A stretch of 60,355 nt of DNA from Nemertoderma westbladi. Lineage: Eukaryota > Animalia > Xenacoelomorpha. Position 1 is the first letter of the stretch. The number at the start of each line of letters is the position of its first letter. A model generated the notes under the pieces. The model made no database searches and had not been told where the DNA came from. It saw only the letters and a list, made by a program, of their open reading frames with translations. The DNA lies in assembly GCA_032718475.1 (NCBI GenBank), contig JAUCBJ010000547.1, forward strand, positions 1 to 60,355, written 5' to 3'. Below are positions 38,301 to 49,200 of the stretch, one piece after another. The position numbers and the translations under genes were made by a program.

Positions 38301-38919
38301 CCATCTCACCTTTCTCGAAAGCCTTGTAGGCTCTGTATAGGCTAAGAGCTTCTTTCTTTTCGCGGGTTGACTGATTTGCCTCGTCCAGCGTAAGTTCAAA
38401 TACATCGGGTTCAACAACCTTAGGTGGGTAAATGACAGTTTCTCCCGCCTTTGGTCCGGTCATAGCAAATGAATGATATGGATTCGATAAAGGATACCCT
38501 CCTTCCTGATAGCGTAGTTGTTGATGGTTCGAACACCTCGCCAATATCGGTTCGGGATTTTCCTTATTCAAACGCATTGGAATCGCATTTCGTTGTTCGC
38601 GCATACAAGAACCGCATTGATAATAAAGTTTATAAACTGAAAATGCTTCCTTGGCTTCTCTATCGTCCCCTCGAGTTCGTCTGTAAAGATGCATTCCATC
38701 GAATTCATCGCGTACCGCAGGCATAGGTTCGTGCGCCTTTAGGTATTGCATGGTATGATACAAACGACTAATTTCAGTATCGGGGTCTTCGCTAATGTCT
38801 CCCGTATCACACAAAGCGTCGTACGGGTAAAGTTCGTTGAAGGTTTTGCGCAAACTTTCGATTCTTTCGTTTAATGCATTTTGTCTTCTCTTTAATACAT
38901 TTGAGTCATATTTAGTCAT
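35335..38919 (-). CDS. Element B extra ORF3 (1194 aa): CxxC/CxxH domain, DEDD 3'-5' exonuclease, CCHC zinc fingers, basic tail
   Basis: ExoI MFYDNEG; IQIRA; ExoII LPKMVRNMILDKTVVKIGSGVREDL; YVDT; ExoIII-like YYLAIE; CGKCGVAGHHMTKC, CGWC..H..C, CTYCNIKGHRASEC; homologous to 25935-30188. Confidence 0.85.
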   Translation of the reverse strand: MTKYDSNVLKRRQNALNERIESLRKTFNELYPYDALCDTGDISEDPDTEISRLYHTMQYLKAHEPMPAVRDEFDGMHLYRRTRGDDREAKEAFSVYKLYYQCGSCMREQRNAIPMRLNKENPEPILARCSNHQQLRYQEGGYPLSNPYHSFAMTGPKAGETVIYPPKVVEPDVFELTLDEANQSTREKKEALSLYRAYKAFEKGEMEEWGGRLASLPYHWTSHDQTPAKEMTPEVFESINFAQNVIQRLQIASPERTREMQPYSTSTTKPLSTTLNFPISIPVRQDTTYEIPIVDHPEIISNLEFLPAVVFSDMSKIYDLRRHITQKVVYNVPPHIQDFKELDRAGADIAPSNLKGYLTKTIRLWIGTGTFESDTDIAADWRGKVIRFEDDKDIEKIWQPSEELLDEWNRTFRSFQENGYMFYDNEGGSHQQSLTSKTIQIRAADGVLHVFSRQRSDKRMPIPPANTKRHHLITDIVKKMDQACNIDARMLPKMVRNMILDKTVVKIGSGVREDLISDFAGMTDSDDRLPTPYVDTRPLILWSIEQGYFREYNTQKTGTGYISYLLFNWDYKESKRNKFIETYGEGDTPDMSEFESQLKWRGCVYWAITSPPRAVLQYYLAIESSVNVCLIADIVSRTLKRHPLCLGEDHTFNMEGRIHTDVFRRFLEPFYNSDAQCNAFTRAGFSIFRDVYLRCAGSLIERPSMFTLLPYEGERIVEITDESRQTRAPIGHLGDDFEVTTTITDDPLEELLEIERNLPKKSQTEIRQLEATDAIVCIQPSETYQPIDPDDYDYSVGGSARPIGDLIYERVWYPANTMCGKCGVAGHHMTKCSGKHITTTQLICGWCGDQGSHTFYTCWRFMAQCTYCNIKGHRASECQLRDIPYEHESVKLVRKLFDEWEDLADEHVSAQRRRFPMRAHLGFWAVNPQTMMSEGYISAMPQYDELIEVVDILPHDSGFRVVREYLLQIHPDNKNTWNFQKVVNRITYGEFDRFRTEKRNKGAWLTVAWAYRAAFYHKRIRASVFEEEEVLEATNIPATPVAPSARHPREDGQGRIIRVQKVGQQLKKSINIEERKGVEPTIRITRDTVSLPREPTGGSGHTPADQKGAQATLGSASSTSRAFPDVLPTVVTTDRSRGIGRGFGMPNRRICEEIVAPSLNVQTKPVTRPTSPISRAKSPVRSLRGRGRARSTKR

Positions 38920-39532
38920 ATCATAGTTTCGCTGTACTTTCCGATAATTCCTTTATACCAAATATAGTGTAGTCCTTGGCTCCAAATCTTTCGAATGGCG
39001 CTGCTGCCTCCTCTTGGATATCATATCCCCATCTCGGCTCTCCTTGTATCCCTTTCTCCATAATTAGAGGTGTAGTTACATAATCATTACTACTAGAGGG
39101 AATACAACAGAGTTTGTAGTTAGTTGTGAGGAGACGTGAGAGTTTCGTCTGCCCTTTGGGCTCGACAACGCTCTAACCTCCTACCCATAGCCTAAGATCT
39201 AGGGTTTCTTTAATGACACGCTGCTTCTTATCTAAAATTTTTTGCCGAAATAAAAACGAATTTGGGCTAAACTGGCTGTGAGTCTAAAATACTCACTTTT
39301 TGATCCCAAACTATTATCAGAAAATAAGCAATCAAGAATTAGTAATAAATATAGGGGAGTCTATTTATTGACGTAACTTATTGAAACAAGACCGTGTAAA
39401 ATTTAATTAATATTTTAAGAAAGGCTCGCAAGTCTTCCTCTCTTGTTTCTCTAATTTTAAGTTCCACCCGACTGTACCCTGAAATCTATTCACTGGAGAA
39501 AATTTTAAAATTTTCAAATCCAAATGGATTGT

Positions 39533-42500
39533 CTAAAATTTCGAAAATGTCTCAATATTGTGAGTTCCAAGTAGTTGTTGAGTCGGTCTGTCTACTGTAC
39601 GACCGTCAATTGTCCGTACCGTCACAGTTCTTGTCACTCCATCCATAGATGGATGTGTGGCTAAAATTACACCTGTTATCCAGAAGCGTCTTTTTAGATT
39701 CACTTCCGCTAACAGCACGTGATCTCCCGGCTTTAATGCCCGGGTGTTATTGTACCATGTTGTTCTGGCAGAAATAGAGGGCAAATAATGGTTTTGCCAT
39801 ATTTCCCAGAATTTGTTAGCCAGTAGTTGCGTGATTTTCCACGCTTTTCTACCGTAGCTATCGTTTTCTATTGGAATAGAAATAGGCGTCAAAGTGGTCG
39901 GTGCCCGCATTAGCAGGTGTGCCGGTGTCAAAGCAAACTGAGATTGTTTGTCATCGGGTACTAATACTATTGGTCTAGTATTTAGTATTGCCTCGATTTC
40001 AACAAACAGTGTTGTCAGTTGGTCGTCTGTCAATATGTGGTTTACTGGAATGACCTTTGCCATGGCTGTCTTTATAGATCTAATCAATCTCTCCCAGACT
40101 CCGCCTCTCCATGGACTATCTGGAGGATTAAACTTCCAAACAATCTTGTGAGGTTGTAGTTCGTTCGAGATTTGATCATGATCTAATTTCTTAAAGGCTA
40201 TCTCATTTCGAGCACCAACAAAGTTTGTCCCTTGGTCTGAGTACAAGCATTTTACTAGTCCGCGTCTAGCGATAAATCGCCGCAATGCTAGTATAAACGC
40301 GTTGGTGGAAAGATCCATCACACGTTCAATATGAACTGCCCTACTGGACATACATGTGAAAATCAGTCCCCAGCGTTTTACTAGTATACGTCCACGTTTC
40401 GTATGTATGGGACCAAAGCAATCAATTCCAGTCTCTGTAAAAGGTGGTCTGAATGCTTGAAGTCGTGCTTGTGGAAGTTCACTCATTTCTTGGGTACCTA
40501 TTCTAGAATGTACCTTTTTACAAATAATACACGTACGTGTCACTGAACTTAATGCTTTACTGGGTCTAATTAATACAAATCTTGTACGTAAGTAGGAAAG
40601 ACAGTGGTGTCTTCCAGCGTGTTTCAGATGTAAATGTGCGTCCAGTATCATTGCACGTTGTAGTTCGTGATGTTGTGGTATTATTATTGGGTATCTAAAG
40701 TTTGTGTTAAAGTCAATGTTTTGAAGCCGAGATTTATGACAAATTAAGCCATTATAAATTATCGGACTCCAACTCAATATTGGTGACGACTTGATTGGTT
40801 GACCTTGATTTATGGATGTGAATTCGCGTGCGAAATATCGCAGTTGGTAATGGCGAATTAATTTAATCTCACACCTGTCAATCTCAGCCAATGTAAGTCG
40901 ACGTGTAAAGTCTCGTTTGCCTTTAACGTATTGTACAAAACGTACAATCCACGCTAATTTTCGGCAAGCGTTTGTCCAAGAGTCTGTTAAGTTTACAATA
41001 CGGTCGACGTAAGTATTTGTGACGTCATCAGGTAAGTCAATGGAGATTTTGGAAGGTTTTGATTTACTAGAAGGGCCCACGGGTCCGCCGGTAAGTATTC
41101 CCTTGTTGACTGTTGATCCGTCCGGGTCTACAAGTAATTTGTCCTTCTTCGTCTTCTTACCCTGGTTGTCAGTACTTTGTAAGTCGATCGTTAATGGTGG
41201 TTTGAACTCTATGGGGTCACTGGGTTTCGGTAAACTTAATTTTCTGCCGACATTAATCCCAGGTCTCACCATAGGTTGCAAGTTTGGTATGTCTCTTGAG
41301 CGCAGAGTAACACCTGTATTTACATTAGCGTAGGTACTACCCACATCTGTAATACATGAGGTTTCACCGTGCTTGTGGTTGCTCAAATGTGTCAAAATTG
41401 GTAGTTTGTCAATACAAGGCCGCTCCAATAGGGAAACTGCGGCTTTACTATTTGTCAATATGGTACTAGTGTCTGGTAGAACATTTTGTGACATGTCTGG
41501 TAAAATGTTTCGCGGAACATCCGGCGAAATATCTAATGACGTGTCTGGCAAAACGTCTGGTTGACCGTCTAGTAACGTGTCTGGCGATACGTCTGGTAAC
41601 GTATCTGGTTGTTTGTCAATAGAAGGCCGCTCCAATAGAGAAACTGCGGCTTTACTGTTTGTCAGTATGTTACTAGTGTCTGGTAGAACATTTTGTGATA
41701 TGTCTGGCAAAACGTCTGGTTGACTGTCTAGTAACGTATCTGGTTGACCGTCTGGCGATATGTCTGGTGTAGAAAGGCTCGCAAGTCTTCCTCTCTTGAC
41801 CTTTGAAGTTATATCCTTCCATTTCGCCTTAGGTTTCTTCTTGAGTTTAGCCGCCGTCGTCTTTTTCTTTGCCTTCCCCTTTTTTGGTTTCTTGATTTCG
41901 GCGTCTTTAGGGATAGTGTTAGACTTGTTGTCATATAACGGTGGCCAATCTTGTGTCGATTTCTGCAAGAATTGGGGTCCGTGTTGCCAAAATTCTTTGT
42001 TCTCCGGTTTACAGAATTCCTCAGGCATCATTCCTCGCGACGCAATATCGGCTGGGTTTTGTGGTCCGGGACAATGTCGCCAATCTTCCAATTGAACGGT
42101 CTAGAATTTCCGCGCGACGGTTAGCTACGAATGTCTTGAATTCAAGTGTGTCGTTGTTTATGTAAAATAAAACCAACGTCGCGTCAGTCCAATAAAATAT
42201 CTGTAAACTTGACTGTAGTTCTGTCTGTATAAGGTTCACAATTGTGGTTGACAGTGTTGCGGCTTGTAGCTCAGCTCGTGGTGTCGTCATATACTTAGTA
42301 GGCATTGTTTTTGCCTTAGAAGTAATGAGCGAAACATCGAATTCTTCTGAGTCTACTTGTCTGCGCAAGTACGCTGCCACACCAAAACCGTTGTCACTAG
42401 CGTCGGAAAAACAGTGTAATTCCAAGCTGTCAGGAAATGTTGTTTGTAATGGAAAGTAGACTCTGGGTATGGAATAATCCTCTAGCGAAGATAATTCTGC

Positions 42501-44690
42501 CTCCCAGGTCTTCCATAAGTCCACTTGGTCTGATGAGATCGGCTCGTCCCATGTCAGTCCATCCTTCCAAATACTGCGCATATAAATGCGGGCTTGCAGT
42601 ATTATTGGACTGATGAATCCTAATGGATCGAACAATCGGCTCAATTTTGACAAGCATGATCTCTTTGTCAGTGTGTTTTCTTGACTGTCCAGTCTCACCC
42701 TCACTCGAAAGTTGTCTGTGTTTGGGTCCCAAAAGAGCCCCAACACTTTGGTCGTCGGTAGTGGTTCGAACTCTAGGTCTATGTCACCACCTCCACGCTC
42801 AGTCGTTCCGAATGAGTCTACTAATTCGGCACTGTTTGAGGCGAATTTGGTGAGGTTAAAACCTCCGCCCGCTAAGCAGTCCCGTAATTGATGTGCTACT
42901 GTTGTAGCACGTTCTACTGTGTCGCAACTCTGTAAACCGTCGTCGACGTAAAAGTCACGTTCCACAATCCTAATTATCTCTGGGTCATACAGGTGTTTCT
43001 GATCCCTAGCGGCTTGCTTTAGGGCATACATTGTACAATTTGGGCTGTCCCTGGCACCGAAAACGCGAACTTGCATTTGGTAAGTCGCCGGTGGTAGACT
43101 TAAGTCTCCTTCCGGATACCAGAGGAACCTCAAACTGTCTCTGTCTTGCTCTAACGCTCTCACTTGGTGAAACATAGCTTCGACGTCACAAGTAAAGGCT
43201 ACTTGACGCTGACGGAAGCGCATAATCACCCCCATAAGATAATTATTCATGTTTGGTCCATCCATCAACTCGCTATTGAGGGACATTCCCTCAAACAGAG
43301 CCGCACAGTCATTGACTACACGTACTTTGTCTGGTTTGTCGGGGTGTCTCACAAAGTGATGTGGCAAATAGTATGTCTGGTTAGTCACTATCTCTGGGTT
43401 AGTCATTCGGATAGCGTATCCCTTGGTCAAATACGTCTCCATCTGAGTGTTGTACTGCAGATGGGCTTTCTCGTCCTTTAATAGACGTTGTCGTATTGAG
43501 TGTAGACGTCTTAAAGCTAGTGGATAGTTATTTATGAGTTTAGGACTTTGGCTACGCCATAACATCCCTACCTCATAATGTCCGTCCTCCGTCTGGCGGA
43601 TAGTATCTTCCATGATCCTCAAAGATTGTTTCTCTTGTTCCGACATACATGGTTCGTAGCTACCAGGTTCAGCTGTATCTTGTTCTAACCACCTGATAGT
43701 CTTCTCCGTTAATTCTTTGTCCAATGCAGCTTGTTCCACTTGATGATTTATCAACGCGTCATCATCGATATCGACGGGTATTGTTGAGGTTATTGGGGTA
43801 GGTAGACTCGCAAGCCTTCCGGCGTTATCATCTGTCGTCGATGGAATCTCTAGCTGACTCGTCTTCTCCCCAAGTTCTAAACTCACCTGGTGGATTAGCT
43901 GCTCCTTGTGACTTATCATACTAGTCACACGTCTGTCATGTCTTGTATGTAAGGTAGTATGGTCCACGTCGTGTGAAAAGGAATGAATTGAATTTGTAGT
44001 TAATAAACTACATGTACTTTGTACATCGTCTTCCTCGTCACTTATGTCTAGTGTGCGCACAGGCGCTCGAGTATACCACCCTATCGGCGTTCTACAGGCG
44101 TATGCGTTTCCCGCTACGACTGCCGATGGTCTGGTTTCCCACACTTGATGTAGATTGAATTGGTCTGTCCCGATCAGCATTGCTACCGATCTATAATTGA
44201 CAGGACATTCAGGTACACCAAGGTGTCTGAAATACTTACGGTCCTCCAAGGATTGTTCTGGGACAGGACCTAGTAGGTTACTAAAGTCTTTTGTGGCCGC
44301 AAAAGTCAAATCCTTGAAGGGTAACAAAGACCTCTCCTTTTCGCTGTGTTGCGATTTTGGAAGAAGAGTGTCTAAGTTTAACTTAACTCGTGTCACTGGT
44401 ATTGCACGTTGTCCGTGCATACTACTTACGGTGTAACTGACGCGCTTACCTTGTCTGAGATCCGTTACTACATCAGCTATCTGCTCATCCACGTAGCTGT
44501 GAGATGAGGCTGAATCCAGGATAGCGTAGATTCTCTTGCTCCCTTTTGTGCCAGTAATCTTAATCGGAATTACGCTGAATCCCTTTAGTTGGTCAGTCGT
44601 CAGAAGCGCGATCGATGGTTGTTCGTCTCCATCAGAATATACGTCGTCGTCTTCTGACTCTTCGTCCGACGATCCGGATTTTTTCTGAGA
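39533..44690 (-). pseudogene. pol: Element B pol (protease, RT, RNase H, integrase) with a frameshift near 42090
   Basis: Protease AILDSAS (~44520, upstream of the called ORF start), YYLPHHFV, CDVEAMFHQV, FYVDDG, HCFSDAS, TPRAELQAA, WRHCPGPQNPADIASRG, TGIDCFGP, SDQGTNF, WERLIRSIK. Confidence 0.92.
41400..41770. repeat. ~207-bp duplication with 12-bp PDxx sub-repeats in the element B RNaseH-integrase linker
   Basis: PD(I/M)SQNVLPDTS.ILTNSKAAVSLLERP.IDK occurs twice; cgctccaata at 41421 and 41628. Confidence 0.85.
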
Positions 44691-47600
44691 AGCAATCCTT
44701 TATATGTGTCACAAAGTTTGGAGTCGTTTTCGATTCTCGATTTTTGTAGGCCGCATCACATCTCGCTGCTGCTTCCGGGTGTTCCCTGGCGAAGCGTTTT
44801 GTCGGCGTGTGGCTGTCTGTGTGGAGCAGACCGTCGTGGTTGCGTCCACAGGATGGACAAGTGTCGGTATTTGGGCAATCCTTGCGAACGTGTCCGTGTC
44901 GCGTACACCGCCAACAAGAGTCCAATGGCCGTATCTGCAGCCGTCGTTCTTCCGAGTTTAACTCGCGAAACTGTCGACAACCTCTCAACTTGTGACCGAT
45001 ATACCGCTTGCCTAAATGCTCGCAGTATTGGCAGCCGCTGAAGTCGGTACTGAGTTGCTGTCTCGTCTGTTTTGTCCCAATGGGCGCAGATACCCTACTA
45101 CCGTCCGAGAATTGTCGTGATTCCGTCGGTGTGGCGTAAGTGGCCGTCTTGGTGGATGTTGTCTGGGGTCTTTGTCGGTTTGAGGATGGCAAGGTGATTC
45201 CTTCTGCCACGATGTGCTGGTCAGTGTAGTTGGATCGAGTTTCTACCACTGCTTCCCTGGATATCAAAAGGTACACATCCTCCAGTTTTAAGAATCCACC
45301 CCGCTCTTCTCGCTGGTATTCGATCTTCCTCCACTCCCGACGAAGTCGATGGTGGAGTCGTCCTATGATCTTTAATAGGACTGTAGGGGTATTCCCGTAG
45401 TCAAGTTGTCCAATGGATCTCAAAGTAGTGATAGCGTTCTTTATCTCGTCAGCCAGTTTCAATAAGTCGACGGGTTTAGTAATAGCCCCTCCCTTACAGA
45501 GTTCCTCTATCACTGACCTGGCCATGCTGACTGTACCTCCGTATATCGAAGTTAAACGATCGTACGCTAGTTCGAAGGCGTCCGGTACACCAACGAAGGT
45601 CTCCGCCAAACGTTTAGGTTCTCCTGACAACGTTCGAAGCAGGTAATTAAACTTCTCCCGTGATGTAAAGGCGCACACGGCGATCTGAGATTCGATATAG
45701 TCTACGAAAGTGTGCCAGTGTTTTGAGCTACCGGAAAACTTAGGTGGTTGTTGCACCGGCAATCCCTGTCTGGCTGCGAATTTCGCTATCTCCTCGGCAA
45801 CGTTCAGAGTTTCGCGTCCTTGGTTGGTAATCTGGTTGATGTTCTCCCTTCTTGGCGCTTTTCCCTGATACGATGTGTGTTTTGAAGGTACCGGTCTTTG
45901 TGGTTCCTTCGGGTGTCTATTGTGTTCGAATTCAGTGTTCCTCGAACTATCGGTTTGAACTTCCTCCAGACGCTCCTCGATCTGAGCCAACTTGTTAACA
46001 ACTGGTCGCAGGATGTCGGCGAACTGTTGTGTACTGATTGCGTCTGTTGGTTGTAACGCCTTCTGTGTTGGTGTATTCTGTGGAGGATTGTCTACAAAGG
46101 AGTTGTCTGAACGCTCGCGTTTATATTCATCGGCCGCCCCTGTTCTAAATACCTCGCGTTTCGGGTAATCCGATTCGCTCGAAATACTACTATCATCTGG
46201 ATATGGTGGTCGACGTGTTCGCGTCCGTTGCGTCGTACGAATTCTCACGTTTCGTTTCGGAACATCGTCCACTGATCTCCGTTGTTCGGTAGGCTCACAA
46301 GTCTTCCTCGAAGTCGTAGATTGCGATGTAAACTGGTTGAACGGTCGCGTATCCACTGTTCTCCGTTGTTCGGTAGGCTCACAAGTCTTCCTCGAAGTCG
46401 TAGATTGCGATGTAAACTGGTTGAACGGTCGCGTATCCAATGTTCTCCATTGTTCGGTAGGCTCACAAGTCTTCCCCGAAGTCGTAGATTGCGATGTAAA
46501 CTGGTTGAACGGTCGCGTATCCACTGTTCTCCGTTGTTCGGTAGGCTCACAAGTCTTCCTCGAAGTCGTAGATTGCGATGTAAACTGGTTGAACGGTGGT
46601 CGAATGACAGCATTTGAATCAACTGGCCTTGTAGGTCGAAACGTCATTGGGTAAGCGTAGAGTGTAACGGGTTTAGGTGTCGACGGTGGACTCACCTGTT
46701 TAGTCGTCAGTAGTGCAGGTCCAGTCAACAAACTACTACGATCTGTAATCGGTGGGTTACTTACCTTGACTTTCGGAATAGGCGACGACGTTGCTCTTGG
46801 CGGTGTAAACTTGTCCGGAATAACAAACCTGTGTTCCGTCGCACCATGGATAGGAGAAATATCACTACTACCCGCAATCGAAACAGGTTCCTTAGTTGTA
46901 ACTGGTGCGAACATAGGGGTTACTTGAGGGAATCTTTGACATAAGTCTTTAACTAATTGTCGTTCCCGTCCGGGTGCTCCTATCGAACCTTCCTTCATTC
47001 GTTCCTGGATTTGGCGGTGCCTTACCTCTATCTGGTCCAAATCATGTCCGTCACGAGATCTCATCGATCGATCGCGGGCTAGAAGATCCAGATTTTCCTT
47101 GGCTTCGGCTAATTCTCTCGCCTTCTTCTCAAGTTCGAAACGAAGTTTAACTTCCTTTTCTCATTGTTCCGTTTGTTGTTGTTGCGCCTCGAACTCTGCT
47201 TGTCGTATCGCTGATTGTGCTTTTATTTGCCGTGTCTTCATCTCGACTCTGGCTTCTGAAACTAACCTTTTTCTTTCTAACTCTGCCGCTGCCGTTTGTC
47301 GCTCTAACTCGGCTGCTGCCGTTCGTTGCGCTAACTCGGCCGCTGCCGTTCGTTGCGCTAACTCGGCCGCTGCCGTTTGTCGCTCTAACTCGGCCGCTGC
47401 CGCTGCCGTTTGTCGCTCTAACTCGGCTGTTGCCGTTCGTTGCGCTAACTCGGCCGCTGCCGCTTGTTGAGCAATGTCCAACTCTAACCTTTCCATTTCC
47501 GCTGCTTCGAGTTCGGCTTGTTCCTGCAGATGAGAGATTCTCGCTACATTCGCAACACGTATTTTCTCTTCCTCTACCGCTGTTTGTATCATTAGTAGTT

Positions 47601-48471
47601 GAGTTTGTTCTTCCATCTCGTGTTGCTGCCTGTAGAACTGTTGCTGTTGTCGAGCAACTTCTGACGTGACCATGCTTACCTCGTTAATCTTGCTGCGAAT
47701 ACTCACCAGTGATTGATCCAGTATTCCCGGTGCCGATTCGATTCGTACGGGTGAAGTTTCCCTCGTGTATTCCGGCACGGTTTCCGAATCGCCGACGTCT
47801 TCGCCGCACATACGTAAGTGGTCCGTCAGGTGTTTCAATTGTCCATCCAGTCGGTACAGTTCCTGTTCTTCCTCGGGCTGCAATAATTCGTCCGAAACTG
47901 ACTCACCTAACAACTGGTCCGCTTGTTCCTGTTGTATCTGCCTAATCGTCGACTTAAACTGAATCAGTTTCTCTCTAGCGATCATTAGTTTCTCGAGGAT
48001 TCTAAGCTGAGTGTCCATATCCTGTCTCTGTCTAGCTAGATCTTGTAGACCAATTAGGTTATCTACGGACTTATGTACTTTACTCTGTACTCTTACCTGT
48101 AAAGTGTAGAACTCGAACCGAGACATCGGAGCGGTCAACTCGTCTAATATGCGTTGGCCTTCTCCAATACTCCTGGTTATATGCGCCATGTAACCGCCGA
48201 CGCTTCTAACCACACTTTCTGTGCTTCCTACTGAACTTACCATCTCCGTTTCCCTATATCTAGGTTGCGGAACAGTCAGAAAGTCCTTGGTCCTGCCATC
48301 GCCTCGTACTACGGCATCCGGTACTCCCGTTGGATGTACTGGTGACGCACACGGTGTAGGTTCGGTAGGCTCGCGAGTCTTCCCCTGTTGTTCTTCCGCT
48401 GCTGACTTATCTCCGTCACATGAGTCATAGTCGGTTTGTGTATTCTTCGTATAGTCTTGTTTGTCACTCAT
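44632..48471 (-). pseudogene. gag: Element B gag (in-frame TGA at 47161-47163; frame change to protease near 44640-44700)
   Basis: Coiled coil with 9-aa AAAEL(A/E)(Q/R)(R/Q)T repeats, PPKFSGS..W..F, EKFNYLLRTLSGE, three knuckles (CQYC..H..C, CWRCTRHGHVRKDC, CPSCGRNHDGLLH); the two ORFs share a frame. Confidence 0.9.
46268..46598. repeat. 84-bp tandem repeat x4 inside element B gag
   Basis: 28-aa repeat RPFNQFTSQSTTSRKTCEPTEQRRTVDT; near-identical DNA copies. Confidence 0.95.
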
Positions 48472-49200
48472 TTCGGTAGTTGTAAGTCAAGTAAAGTGAG
48501 TGTCAAAGTATCAAACTTACCGTATTTTATCTAAACGGTACTAATTACAGTCATATAAAATTATCCTACCGGCCGATTTTACAGCAGATGGATAAAATTA
48601 GCCTAAACGGCCAATTTTACAGCAAATAAATGTCACGGAATAAGTATTTAATAAAATTAGCCTAGCGGCCAATTTTATAACAAATAAATCGGATAACGAT
48701 ATGCGTTATCAAAAGGTAAATTAAATACAATAATACGGACTAATTCAGCAATGAACAAAGAAATCATACGGAATGCATAAATACTTGAGACAGTGGAACC
48801 CACAATAATTTTAACTAATACGGTAATGCCTAACTTATTTATGCAACTTTTCGAAATCACCCACTCCAATAATTCTCCAGAAAAACAGATTCCCAGATAC
48901 AAACCGAACGTGAACCTTTCCGTTTTCAGCGTTGCGGACGAAGCGCGATTTTCCCAACCAAAGTTGTTGGGTTATCTATCTCCCAAACTTGCTAAACACG
49001 GTCTTGCTCCCGTCACAGTCTAGAAATGAGTTCTGAATCCTGAAAAACAAAAGAGTTAGGTTTTACTTTTACGAAAAATTTTGTACCGGTACAATATGGT
49101 ATTTAAACCCTTTTTAAACACCGGTATTCAATTCCAAAATATTTTACACGCGGTTCAAATCAAATTTTATTTCAAAATATTAGCACTTAGCTAATCAAAT

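Noticed and set aside
46245-46654. Overlapping ORFs in several frames over the 84-bp repeat
   Set aside because: Expected from tandem copies of a unit that lacks stops; no independent coding evidence.
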